A stretch of DNA of 64,000 nt from IMG/VR virus record IMGVR_UViG_3300030103_005378, one strand, 5' to 3'. The notes below the pieces were generated by a model. That model was given only the letters and a program-made list of their open reading frames with translations, did no database searches and was not told where the DNA came from. Every line of letters starts with the position of its first letter. The first letter of the stretch is position 1. Source of the stretch: an uncultured virus (IMG/VR IMGVR_UViG_3300030103_005378). Its lineage: Duplodnaviria > Heunggongvirae > Uroviricota > Caudoviricetes. Positions 19,219-30,878 of the stretch are shown here, piece after piece. Both the position numbers and the translations under genes were made by a program.

Positions 19219-20151
19219 ATGAAGCATATAGAAGACGTACCGTGGATGATTTGTGATGAAGGTGATGTAAACTACTGTGCTTATGTAGACACAGATAGCA
19301 ACTACTTTCATGCTGAACCTATCCTAAAACACTTCTATCCTGATTTTGATAAAATGTCTGATGAAGATAAGGATGAAAAACTTGAAAAGGTAGCCCTTAA
19401 ATATCAAGATATTATCACAGATTCTTATAATACACTAGCTAAAGAATGTTTTAATGTCCCTACTCATAGACTTGAAATGAAGACTGAATGTGTAATCAGA
19501 TCAGCTTATTTTAGAAAAACTAGAAGATATGCTCAATGGATTACTAAACAAGAAGGTATAGTAAAAGAATCACTTGATATAAAAGGTCTTGAGTTTAAAA
19601 AAGCAAATTTTCCACCTGTATTAGGTAAGTTTTTTAAAGATATTTTAATTGATGTTTTGAAGGGTTCTACACAAACTGATGTAGATCAAAAAGTTAAAGA
19701 ATTCAAAAACCAAATCTTAAATGGAGATATCCCTTTAGTTAAATTAGGCAACCCAACAGGAGTAAAAACATTAAACAAGTATATGGGTCGTAAACCTAAA
19801 GCAGGTGAAATGTTTACCCAAATGATTAAAGGTGCCCCTGTAAGTGCTAAAGCTGCTGCTGTATATAACGATTTAATTAGATTTTGGAAATTAAACACTA
19901 AACATTCTTATATAGCACAAGGTGATAAAATTAAATTCATTTACCTAAAACCAAACCCATACCAGATAGATACATTAGGGTTTTTAGATTTTGATTTACC
20001 ACCTAAAATAGAGGAGTTTATGGAAAAATATGCTGATAGACAAAAAATATTTGATGCTATATTACTAAATAAGTTAGAGGGTTTTTATGATGATTTAGGT
20101 TGGTCATTAAATTTAAATCCATATAAAGACAAGTTTTTCAATTTTAGTTAG
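19219..20151 (+). CDS. Family B DNA polymerase, C-terminal part (motif C, thumb)
   Basis: YVDTDSNY, LEMKTE, RRYA, IKGLE, GDKIKFIY. Confidence 0.92.
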   Translation: MKHIEDVPWMICDEGDVNYCAYVDTDSNYFHAEPILKHFYPDFDKMSDEDKDEKLEKVALKYQDIITDSYNTLAKECFNVPTHRLEMKTECVIRSAYFRKTRRYAQWITKQEGIVKESLDIKGLEFKKANFPPVLGKFFKDILIDVLKGSTQTDVDQKVKEFKNQILNGDIPLVKLGNPTGVKTLNKYMGRKPKAGEMFTQMIKGAPVSAKAAAVYNDLIRFWKLNTKHSYIAQGDKIKFIYLKPNPYQIDTLGFLDFDLPPKIEEFMEKYADRQKIFDAILLNKLEGFYDDLGWSLNLNPYKDKFFNFS

Positions 20152-20183
20152 GTTATTTAATAAAAAATTATTATATTTAAAAT

Positions 20184-20918
20184 ATGGTTAATAAATTAGT
20201 TTTACAAAGTGTTATAAACAAATATTATCTTGGTGAGATAGAGTCTGTTAAATGGAATATACAAGATAAAAAATTAAATATAGACTTTATGTCTATAAAT
20301 AAAGAAGTAATAGGAAATGTTACTCATACTGATATAAATGTTGAAGATAGTAATTTAGCTATTTTTGACACTAAAAAACTACTTAGTTTAGTAAATATAA
20401 CTTCAGGTGATCTTTTAATTAATTTTGAAAAAACAAAAGCTGTTTACACTAAAATGTTTTTAGCTGATAGTGATTTTAATTTAACATATGCTTTATCTGA
20501 TCCTTTACTTATAGCCAAACCAGGTACAGTAGATGAACCTAAATGGGATATGGTTTTACCACTTGAAAAAGAACAAGTAGATAATTTAGTTAAAGCAAAA
20601 TCTGCTTTAGCGGGTATAGGAAACATGACTATATCCCCAGATACAGATTTAGATGGAGATGATTTATGTGTAGTTACTTTTGGAGATGAACAAGGTCATA
20701 ACAATAAAATTACTTATAATCTAACAGGAGAAATAAGACAAGCAGATGTAAGCATTCCTTTTAATTCAGATATGTTTAAAACTATTTTAAATGTAAATAA
20801 AGATCTAGAGGAAGGAACTTTATGTTTAAGTTATCAAGGTTTACTTAAATTAGAATTTAAATCTGAAAATACCACAAGCACTTATTACATGATTCGTAAA
20901 GAAGAAAGTGCTTTTTAA
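20184..20918 (+). CDS. Putative sliding clamp (gp45/PCNA-like)
   Basis: 244 aa acidic beta-rich protein after PolB, AIFD..KLL motif, C-terminal YY; clamp loader in window. Confidence 0.55.
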   Translation: MVNKLVLQSVINKYYLGEIESVKWNIQDKKLNIDFMSINKEVIGNVTHTDINVEDSNLAIFDTKKLLSLVNITSGDLLINFEKTKAVYTKMFLADSDFNLTYALSDPLLIAKPGTVDEPKWDMVLPLEKEQVDNLVKAKSALAGIGNMTISPDTDLDGDDLCVVTFGDEQGHNNKITYNLTGEIRQADVSIPFNSDMFKTILNVNKDLEEGTLCLSYQGLLKLEFKSENTTSTYYMIRKEESAF

Positions 20919-21005
20919 TATGTATTAACAAATAACATTGTAGCTAGAGCACAAGTTATGTTTTTATAAACCCGAGCAGCTAAGGCGCTCACAATAATTA
21001 ATGAT

Positions 21006-21431
21006 ATGAGTACATTAGAATTTTATGAAAGGCAACATAGTCCTTTCGATATTTTATTCCGCAATTTTTTTAATGCGCAAGACCAATTTGCACCTGCATT
21101 AAATTCCAAACAACCACATCCACTAAATATTTTTTATAATAGTAAAGGCCTCAATTTTGAGATTGCTTGTACTGGTTTAACTAAGAAAGATATTATAATA
21201 GATATTGAAGATGATGTATTAAAAATTAGTTATGAAAAAAATGACAAAAATGAAAACGTTCCTGAAGGAACAATTTATCATGGTTTGTCTAAAAAATCTT
21301 TTAACCTAGGGTATAAAATAGCTCCCAAATTTGATTTAGCTCAAACAGAAGCTAAACTAGAAAATGGATTGCTTGAAGTATTTATTCCTTTAGCTGAAAG
21401 TTCAAAACCAAAATCAATTAAAATTAAGTAA
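21006..21431 (+). CDS. Small heat shock protein Hsp20
   Basis: IACTGLTKKDI, AKLENGLLEV, PKSIKIK. Confidence 0.92.
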   Translation: MSTLEFYERQHSPFDILFRNFFNAQDQFAPALNSKQPHPLNIFYNSKGLNFEIACTGLTKKDIIIDIEDDVLKISYEKNDKNENVPEGTIYHGLSKKSFNLGYKIAPKFDLAQTEAKLENGLLEVFIPLAESSKPKSIKIK

Positions 21432-21502
21432 GTTTTATTAAAAAAAGCGTGCTCTAGCGCAATTTTATTTGTACATTTATACGAACAAATTTAAATTTAG
21501 TT

Positions 21503-21855
21503 ATGCCAAAAACTACAAAAAGAGGACGTCCCTCAAAAGACACACAAACACAAAATTTATCTTATTGTATTATAAAAGATCCACTAATGGAACCCTTTTA
21601 TATTTCTAAAGATGCAACAAACTTTACTGTGATAGAAAAATCAATTTCTACTCGTGGGTTTGCTGGAAGAAAAGCAACAGGTAAAGAAGTTGAAAAAACT
21701 GTAGGTTATTATTCAAGTTTTAGAAATGCCTTAAACAGAATAGCAAAAGAAAAATTTTACAACAACCCAGGAGAATATAGTTCAATCCAAGACTATATTA
21801 GTTCTTGGGAAGAAGTAAGAAACGGATTAGAAACATTATTAAACAAAGTAGAATT

Positions 21856-21859
<4 letters not shown>
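21503..21859 (+). CDS. Hypothetical protein with N-terminal AT-hook-like KRGRPSK
   Basis: 118-aa ORF overlapping groES start. Confidence 0.7.
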
Positions 21860-23794
<1,935 letters not shown>

Positions 23795-23795
23795 T

Positions 23796-24059
23796 ATGGA
23801 AACACAAGTAGTAGAAATAAATGAATTAATTGCAACACGAGTACCACCTGGAGACAGGTGGGTACTTGTTAATGATGAAAAAGAAATAATTCATGAATCA
23901 ATAACTGATGCTTTAGAAGCATGGTTTGATAAAAACCAAGAAAAAGTTGAATTTCGTTTAGCACCTTTAGATAGTAAATTATTTGCTATAAGAAGTGAAG
24001 AAGAGGAAATACTTCCTGAACCAACTAAAAGATATAATATTTACGGGGATCCAATGTAA
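23796..24059 (+). CDS. Hypothetical protein
   Basis: 87-aa ORF coupled to groEL. Confidence 0.7.
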   Translation: METQVVEINELIATRVPPGDRWVLVNDEKEIIHESITDALEAWFDKNQEKVEFRLAPLDSKLFAIRSEEEEILPEPTKRYNIYGDPM

Positions 24060-24074
24060 TTGGTCCCCTTTTTT
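24045..24074 (+). terminator. Intrinsic terminator
   Basis: GGGGAtCCAAT-GTA-ATTGGTCCCC then T6. Confidence 0.75.
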
Positions 24075-24076
24075 AT

Positions 24077-24086
24077 ATATTTATAA
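24077..24086 (+). promoter_or_regulatory. Putative late promoter ATATTTATAA
   Basis: Same motif shortly upstream of starts at 6499 (ATATTTATTA), 31088, 44860, 46532. Confidence 0.5.
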
Positions 24087-24098
24087 CAAAATAATCAA

Positions 24099-24362
24099 AT
24101 GGACAATTTTAATCTAAAAAAATATTTAGCTGAAAATAAACTTGAGGAACAGTATATAGGCCAATTTGAAAGTAGAGCAGCAGAAAACTTAGCAATAGCT
24201 CAAGCAAAATTTTCAAATGCTATTCTTGCTCTTAAATCAGACGATATTCGTACAGCAGAAAAAGCAGAAAACGCATATTTAGCAATAGCTCATCATTTAA
24301 AAACTCATTTTAAAGAAAAATACCCTGATTATAGGCCACACCCAACTATTGCCCAAATATGA
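24099..24362 (+). CDS. Leader-array protein, leader A
   Basis: MDNFNLKKYLAENKLEE. Confidence 0.75.
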   Translation: MDNFNLKKYLAENKLEEQYIGQFESRAAENLAIAQAKFSNAILALKSDDIRTAEKAENAYLAIAHHLKTHFKEKYPDYRPHPTIAQI

Positions 24363-25312
24363 AATTAACAGATATTTTAAGAGAGGTAGAGGGTGAAGAA
24401 GATGGAATGAAGCAACTTAAGGTTCAATACGACCTTGCTATCCAACCTACAGATATACCAGCTGCATTAGACGCTTTAGATAATATAGACAACTATGGTA
24501 TCTATGCTCAAAACCTACGTGACCCAAAAGCTATACAAAAAGCATTTGGACCTTCTGTTCCTGCTCAAAAAACAAGAGCAGCTTGGAATGATTGGACAGA
24601 AAGATCTAATGATGCAAAAGGGTTTAAACTTATTGATATCAAAAAACGAGCTCCCGAAGATTATGAAAAAGCAATGGAGCAAGCAAAAGCAGGATTTGAA
24701 GAATGGCAAACTGCAGGAAATGAAGGTGAAATAGAAGATTATTTATATACATTAGAGGGAAAACAACTCCCAAAAGATTTTATTGGTAGATATGGTAAAA
24801 ATTATTTCCCATTAAAAACACCAGCTAACTTAAAAAAGTATGCTGGTAGATTAGAAAAAGATGTTCATTTTAATGTAAAAGATGGTAAAATTATTTTCCC
24901 ATTAGAAAACAGCCCTTACAAACCAAAACCATACCTTCAAAAAGTAATGAAAACAATAATGGATAACTCAGGTTTAGAGTATGAAATTGTTGATGTTGAA
25001 AAAACAGACGATGCAGGTGAGGTAATTAAAAAACCTGAAAAAAAAGTTGTTCCACCACTTTCTGCTATGGCTGATTCTTTAGATAAAGTAGAAAAAATTA
25101 GAAAACAATTTCAAAAAGAAATTGGAGATGTTCCATCTGCAAATTATAAAACTGAACCAGTTGAGGTAGATGGTAAAAGAAAATATAAACTAGTTGTAAC
25201 AGGTATTTCACCTGATCAAAGACAAAAACTATTAATTAAAAAGGCGTCATTAAAAGAAGGTATAGAATTTGATTTAGATCTATATTTAATGCAAAAAAGA
25301 GCAGGATTATGA
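24359..25312 (+). CDS. Leader-array protein, 317 aa, leader C
   Basis: MKLTDILRE start; MQKRAGL end. Confidence 0.75.
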   Translation: MKLTDILREVEGEEDGMKQLKVQYDLAIQPTDIPAALDALDNIDNYGIYAQNLRDPKAIQKAFGPSVPAQKTRAAWNDWTERSNDAKGFKLIDIKKRAPEDYEKAMEQAKAGFEEWQTAGNEGEIEDYLYTLEGKQLPKDFIGRYGKNYFPLKTPANLKKYAGRLEKDVHFNVKDGKIIFPLENSPYKPKPYLQKVMKTIMDNSGLEYEIVDVEKTDDAGEVIKKPEKKVVPPLSAMADSLDKVEKIRKQFQKEIGDVPSANYKTEPVEVDGKRKYKLVVTGISPDQRQKLLIKKASLKEGIEFDLDLYLMQKRAGL

Positions 25313-25584
25313 AAGAATTTAATTTAAAAAAATACTTAGCTGAAAATAAGCTATTAAATGAGGAAACAGAAATCTTCAAACCTGGAATATACAGAGTACT
25401 AAAATATAGTATAGATCGTTATGAATCCTATGGAGATTTTCTTGAACTTACCAGAGAAGCAACTTTAGAAGAAATACGAGCGGTTATTGGAAAAGAAATG
25501 GGTCTACCAGAAAGTGCTTATTGGGTAATTGAATTAGGTGATACTGTATCAAAAAATGACTTGCCAACAATATATAAAATGTAA
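25309..25584 (+). CDS. Leader-array protein, leader A
   Basis: MKEFNLKKYLAENKLLNE. Confidence 0.75.
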   Translation: MKEFNLKKYLAENKLLNEETEIFKPGIYRVLKYSIDRYESYGDFLELTREATLEEIRAVIGKEMGLPESAYWVIELGDTVSKNDLPTIYKM

Positions 25585-25595
25585 ATTTAATTAAA

Positions 25596-25802
25596 ATGAA
25601 AGAATTTAATTTAAAAAAATACTTAGCTGAAAATAAGCTAGTGAAAGAAGAAAATTTTGATGAAGAATTAGAAAAAATTGATGGAATTGTTAAAGCAGTA
25701 AAAGATTTAGGTGATATTTTATCTAAAGATGGTAAAGTTGCTTTAGCATCAAAACTAGAGCCAATAGCAAAAACTTTAAAATATAGAGGAGGATACTATT
25801 AA
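25596..25802 (+). CDS. Leader-array protein, leader A
   Basis: MKEFNLKKYLAENKLVKE. Confidence 0.75.
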   Translation: MKEFNLKKYLAENKLVKEENFDEELEKIDGIVKAVKDLGDILSKDGKVALASKLEPIAKTLKYRGGYY

Positions 25803-26353
25803 TGAAACCATCAGAACTAAAACAACTTATTAAAGAAGAAGTACATAATGCTTTAAATGAATATGATCCTAACCAAGACCCCGAAAATAAAGGATCAGAA
25901 GCATATAAAAGAAAATCATGGAAGGCTCAGTTTGGTTCAATGGATGGGTTTGACAAGGCACACCCTGAATATTCCAACAGATACACTGATAAAGAAATGT
26001 TACAAAGAACTACAGCAAACCAATTTCCAGACAATTTTACTATATTAGATATAATTGAAAGATATAAAGAATATGTAGTAGGACATTTACGTAGTGAAGG
26101 AGAACTAAATGAAGTGAATGAGATTGAAGCTAATCCAATGCACCGAAATTATGTATCTGGAGTATCAGTAGAATTATATAATCCACTAAGAAAATCCATA
26201 GTAAAAGCATTAGATGATGTTTTTATGACTGCAGTAAAAAATGATCAATCTGAAGAGGAATTAGATAGAAGTTTAAAAACAGTTACAGACGTAATAAATA
26301 ACATATTATTAGGTACTATAAGGAACAAAAAGAAATATTATAAATTTGATTAA
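25802..26353 (+). CDS. Leader-array protein, leader B
   Basis: MKPSELKQLIKEEVHNALNE. Confidence 0.75.
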   Translation: MKPSELKQLIKEEVHNALNEYDPNQDPENKGSEAYKRKSWKAQFGSMDGFDKAHPEYSNRYTDKEMLQRTTANQFPDNFTILDIIERYKEYVVGHLRSEGELNEVNEIEANPMHRNYVSGVSVELYNPLRKSIVKALDDVFMTAVKNDQSEEELDRSLKTVTDVINNILLGTIRNKKKYYKFD

Positions 26354-26354
26354 A

Positions 26355-26591
26355 ATGGAAAACTTTAATTTAAAAAAATATTTAGCTGAAAATAAGCTAT
26401 TAAATGAAAACTTTTATAATAAACCTAATACCTTTAAAGATGCATTTGATCGATCTATTGAACAGTTAAATAACATTTTAAATTCAAATGTTAGAGAATA
26501 CATGTTTGATGAAAAAGAAAATATACAACTTTATAGTAAAGAAATTAAAGCAATTATTTCAAAATTAAAAGAAATTAGTAACAATATATAA
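26355..26591 (+). CDS. Leader-array protein, leader A
   Basis: MENFNLKKYLAENKLLNE. Confidence 0.75.
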   Translation: MENFNLKKYLAENKLLNENFYNKPNTFKDAFDRSIEQLNNILNSNVREYMFDEKENIQLYSKEIKAIISKLKEISNNI

Positions 26592-26597
26592 AATAAA

Positions 26598-26837
26598 ATG
26601 AAAAACTTTGACTTAAAAAAATATTTAGCTGAAAATAAGCTATTAAATGAAGATACCCAATTCCCAGATACCTCATTAACAAATGCTCTTAAAATTCATT
26701 TTCAAGTAGCATATGAAAAGGGGTTAGAAGCACAACCTGGTGATGATTATGATTCTTTTGATGAAAAATACTGGAAAAATAATGAGTTGGATATTAAGGA
26801 TACAATAAGAAAATATTTTCGATTTTCACAAAAATAA
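26598..26837 (+). CDS. Leader-array protein, leader A
   Basis: MKNFDLKKYLAENKLLNE. Confidence 0.75.
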   Translation: MKNFDLKKYLAENKLLNEDTQFPDTSLTNALKIHFQVAYEKGLEAQPGDDYDSFDEKYWKNNELDIKDTIRKYFRFSQK

Positions 26838-26838
26838 G

Positions 26839-27324
26839 ATGAAACACTCCGAATTAAAACAACTCATCAAAGAGGAAATACGTAGCGCATTAAATGAAGC
26901 CACCTACAAAAATTTTTCAGGTGATAAAATTGTAAAATACGTTGAACGAAATAAACCTGATGCTGAAGATATGGAAGTTATTAAACGATACTTCCCAAAC
27001 GCAGTTAGTAGTATGAAAGAAGCTACATTGAACTTGATGACACCTGAAAAAACAACATCTCCAATGTTTTCACATATTCAATATAACCAATTTGAAGGGA
27101 ACTATCCACAAGACCCTCACCCCGATAAAGAAGGTGAAGGAAAAGAATTTGGTGTATATCAAATACAATATTACAATAACAAACCTCCTAGATTCAACCC
27201 AAAAGTAACTGAACTTTCATTTACCTCTCAACAACCACATTACAAAATGGGAGTAATTCTTGTAATGACAGATGAATATTTAAAAGATTTAAAACAACTG
27301 AAGATTACAAAAAGCGTATCATGA
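26839..27324 (+). CDS. Leader-array protein, leader B
   Basis: MKHSELKQLIKEEIRSALNE. Confidence 0.75.
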   Translation: MKHSELKQLIKEEIRSALNEATYKNFSGDKIVKYVERNKPDAEDMEVIKRYFPNAVSSMKEATLNLMTPEKTTSPMFSHIQYNQFEGNYPQDPHPDKEGEGKEFGVYQIQYYNNKPPRFNPKVTELSFTSQQPHYKMGVILVMTDEYLKDLKQLKITKSVS

Positions 27325-27653
27325 AACACTCACAACTAAAAAAACTTATTAAAGAAGAAATATCTAATGCTTCAACAATTGATTTAGCAGGTAAAATTAG
27401 AACTTTAGTATATTCAACTCCCTTTTGGAAGTTTAGAGATGCTATAAATATGGTTCTAAAATCACATTATAATAAAAAAGTACAATTAGCTGAAAATAAG
27501 CTATTAAATGAATCGCTTGAGCTTACTCCTATAGAGAGAAGAAAATTAATTTATTTTCTAGAAATGAAGGTTGAAGAAATGCAAAATAAGGGAGATAATT
27601 TCTTTTCTGATGAGATAGAAATTTTTAACAGCATTTTAAATAAAATAAGATGA
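27321..27653 (+). CDS. Leader-array protein, leader B plus internal leader A remnant
   Basis: MKHSQLKKLIKEEI...QLAENKLLNE. Confidence 0.75.
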   Translation: MKHSQLKKLIKEEISNASTIDLAGKIRTLVYSTPFWKFRDAINMVLKSHYNKKVQLAENKLLNESLELTPIERRKLIYFLEMKVEEMQNKGDNFFSDEIEIFNSILNKIR

Positions 27654-28261
27654 AACACTCACAACTAAAAAAACTTATTAAAGAGGAAATACGTAGCGTA
27701 TTAAATGAAGGTAAACATTTATCTAAGATGTTGGGTGTAGCAAATTTAAAATTTGGTGTTGATGGTAACTTGTATTTTATTATAGGTAGTGATTCATATG
27801 GTGGAGACGCATACCTTAAAATTAGTAAAAAAGATTTACCTAAATTCTTTAAAATGGTAAGAGATGCAGAAGCTCAAGTTAATTCTCTTCCAATTGATGA
27901 AGTTCGTACTGATAGTAAAGTATGGAACGATGCTTCTGCTTTAGCTAAAGAACTAGAAGAAAAGGGTATAGCAATAAAAGCATACGTTGAAGGAACTTCA
28001 AGTGGGGCATTAGGTCATACACAACTTTATGTAGCTACTGATGGTATGACACGTGATGAATTTAAACAAGCTATAGAACAAAATTATAAAAAAACACCAT
28101 TGTCAACATCACTTTCATCTGAATATTATTATTCACCTAAACATAAATTATATTTCTTTTTCTACCGTGAGGGTGGAAATCGTGGATTCCATTCAGGTTT
28201 AGATAAAATGGTTGATTATGACTATAAGTTACTTTTAAAGAGAAGACTTCCAAAAAGATAA
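27650..28261 (+). CDS. Leader-array protein, leader B
   Basis: MKHSQLKKLIKEEIRSVLNE. Confidence 0.75.
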   Translation: MKHSQLKKLIKEEIRSVLNEGKHLSKMLGVANLKFGVDGNLYFIIGSDSYGGDAYLKISKKDLPKFFKMVRDAEAQVNSLPIDEVRTDSKVWNDASALAKELEEKGIAIKAYVEGTSSGALGHTQLYVATDGMTRDEFKQAIEQNYKKTPLSTSLSSEYYYSPKHKLYFFFYREGGNRGFHSGLDKMVDYDYKLLLKRRLPKR

Positions 28262-28263
28262 AA

Positions 28264-28929
28264 ATGAAACATTCCCAACTAAAACAACTTATCAAAGAGG
28301 AAATATCTAAGGTATTAGAACTTCGTACAATAGATTATAAACCAAAAGATGATTTAGTCCACTTGTATTTAATGACCTACAGTGATAAAGTAGGGGAACC
28401 ATATTTTGAAAAAAAATATAAAAAATTTAGAAATGACGTTGAATCCCTTCTTCAATCTTTTGACGCTGCAGTAGAAAATGATCATGGGATTAGTGATAAA
28501 AATCTTAAAATACTAGTTAATAGAAAAGATAAAATTAAAGTTAAAAATATTTTAACTAAACTTTCTAATAGGTATGGATTTGAAAGTGAATTAGAAATAG
28601 ATACTTTAGAGGAAATACATAGCGCAATTAATGAAAATAAACTTGGTACTCCTGAAGAATTAAAAAGTTTTCTATATTCAAAACAATCAAAAATAGTTAA
28701 GGATATAAAAGATTATATAAAATTTAAAAAAGTTGATATTGCTACATATAGAGGTTTTACTGAAGAAGACATTAAACAATGGATAAGAGATGATGCTGGT
28801 ACATACACCCCAAGAGAATTTCTTATAACAACTGATGATATCCTTAGAAGGGGAATCGATGAATATATGTTTCATCCTGTTTATGATGAATTTGTAGAAA
28901 CAACTTATAATCAATATTTTAAAAAATAA
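28264..28929 (+). CDS. Leader-array protein, leader B plus internal leader B remnant
   Basis: MKHSQLKQLIKEEISKVLE...EEIHSAINE. Confidence 0.75.
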   Translation: MKHSQLKQLIKEEISKVLELRTIDYKPKDDLVHLYLMTYSDKVGEPYFEKKYKKFRNDVESLLQSFDAAVENDHGISDKNLKILVNRKDKIKVKNILTKLSNRYGFESELEIDTLEEIHSAINENKLGTPEELKSFLYSKQSKIVKDIKDYIKFKKVDIATYRGFTEEDIKQWIRDDAGTYTPREFLITTDDILRRGIDEYMFHPVYDEFVETTYNQYFKK

Positions 28930-28980
28930 AACTTGCCTATTGGTAAAAGTTTTTGTATAATTAGGTTATAAAAATAAGTT

Positions 28981-29971
28981 ATGAAAGACAACACTTTGTT
29001 AGTTGAAAAATACCGTCCTACTGTTTTACAAGATTATGTAGGAAATGAACAAGTCAAAGAGACAATTCAAAAATATCTTGACCAAAACGACATCCAAAAC
29101 TTTATATTCTATGGACCTGCTGGAACAGGTAAAACTACACTAGCTAAACTTATAGTTAAAAATCTAAACTGTGACCATCTTTATATTAACGCAAGTGATG
29201 AAAATGGAATTGATACAATCAGAGAAAAAGTAAAAGGATTCGCTTCTGCTGCTTCTTGGAATGGTATAAAAGTAGTTATCTTAGATGAAGCAGATTTTAT
29301 TACTATAAATGGACAAGCAGCACTTAGAAACGTAATTGAAACATTTTCTCGTTCAACTCGCTTTATATTAACGTGTAATTTTGTTGAGAGAATTATTGAT
29401 CCAATACAATCACGTTGTCAAGTACTTAAAATTGTTCCACCATCAAAATCANNNNNNNNNNCAATCTCGTTTATCCCAATTAAAAGTCTTAGGTTGCATT
29501 GCATTTACCCAATCCAATCCACCATCAAAATCAGTTATTGCAAAACATTTAGCAGATGTAATGGAAAAAGAAAGTATTTCACATGATGTTAAAGAAGTAG
29601 CTACTATAGTAAATAAAAACTATCCTGATGTTAGAAAAATGTTGAATACAATCCAATTATCTAACCAAGATGGTAAACTTAAAATAAATGAATCAGTTTT
29701 AGCTTCAAACAATTATACTAAAGAAGTACTAAAAGAACTTACCCAAACAAAAAACTGGATTAAAATAAGACAAATTATAGCAGATAGTGGTGTAAAAGAT
29801 TTTGAAGAACTATACCGCTTACTATTTGAACATATTTCAGTATATGCTAAAGATAAGGAAGGATCAGTAACTATAATACTAAATGAACATCTTTTTCAAG
29901 CAAATTTCCGAATTGATAAAGAGATTAATATAATGTCGGCAATAGCCAAAATAATAGAAACAATTAAATAA
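28981..29971 (+). CDS. Clamp loader AAA+ subunit (RFC small subunit/gp44-like), interrupted by an assembly gap
   Basis: VEKYRP, GPAGTGKT, INASDE, ILDEAD, IQSRC; halves join through CCACCATCAAAATCA duplicated across the gap at 29452-29461. Confidence 0.9.
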
Positions 29972-29981
29972 ATAATAAATA

Positions 29982-30236
29982 ATGCAAAATCAAGCACCCC
30001 CACAACAACCAAACATTGACCTAACAAACACTACAGCAGTAGAGGGATTCGATGGAGGTAAATTATTTGGACAAGCGGTAGTAATTCGTAAAGTATCCAA
30101 ATTTGTAACAGGAACAGATGAAGATATGCTTATGCCTATCCCTGTATTTTATGATTTAGAATCAAAGAAAATTCTTAAAGATTCTATTCCACCTGAAATT
30201 AGAGAAGAATATAAAGATATGACTATTGAAGACTAG
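29982..30236 (+). CDS. Hypothetical protein
   Basis: 84-aa ORF between clamp loader genes. Confidence 0.7.
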   Translation: MQNQAPPQQPNIDLTNTTAVEGFDGGKLFGQAVVIRKVSKFVTGTDEDMLMPIPVFYDLESKKILKDSIPPEIREEYKDMTIED

Positions 30237-30684
30237 TAGATACCCTAGACCAGGCAGAAAGCAGATAAAAAATATATGGGGGTGGTTAAATGAAATCACT
30301 CTATATAAAACACCTGCTAATTGTTTTACTGATGAATCATGGGATTGTTTTAACTCCTATATGATTCATCGGTTTGTGTCTATGAATGTAAATTACGTTG
30401 AATTGACTAATCATGTCCAAACTATACCTTACGATAATAAAATACAAACCTATAATATTTATAGAGAAATGATTCCAAAAAAGAAGGTTTTCTTAAAGTA
30501 TATAAAAAGTAAGAAAAAATCCCCTAATCCACAACTTGTAGAAATTTTAAGTGACTATTTTCAATGTGGTAAATTTACAGCTGCTAGATACTTAGAAGTT
30601 TTAAAAAAGAAAGAAACCCTAAATATACTCCATACTATGGGTGTTGATGAAAAAGAATCTAAAAAACTATTAAAAAGTGGGTAA
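30226..30684 (+). CDS. Putative clamp loader small subunit (gp62-like); start uncertain
   Basis: FNSYMIHRFVSM resembles the gp62-family core; adjacent to gp44-like gene. Confidence 0.5.
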   Translation: MKTSRYPRPGRKQIKNIWGWLNEITLYKTPANCFTDESWDCFNSYMIHRFVSMNVNYVELTNHVQTIPYDNKIQTYNIYREMIPKKKVFLKYIKSKKKSPNPQLVEILSDYFQCGKFTAARYLEVLKKKETLNILHTMGVDEKESKKLLKSG

Positions 30685-30878
30685 AAAACTAAAAATAGGA
30701 GATAAAGTACATTGTACATTTTTAGGAGAAAGCTATACAGGAGAAATAATAGAAATTAAATCTCCTAAAACCTATAACATTGAATTATTAGATAAAAGTC
30801 ATTTAGGTACAATTCTTCCTAATGTAGGTTGGTATGAAAAACCTAAAAAGAAAAAAGACACTTTACCTTGGTACATAC

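Noticed and set aside
20941..20990. CIRCE/HrcA operator before hsp20
   Set aside because: Does not match TTAGCACTC-N9-GAGTGCTAA.
29452..29532. Apparent frameshift or insertion splitting the clamp loader gene
   Set aside because: Sits at an N-gap with CCACCATCAAAATCA duplicated on both sides. The extra ~58 nt read DFDGGLDWVNAMQPKTFNWDKRD on the minus strand, resembling a tail-fibre chaperone fragment, so a chimeric join is most likely.
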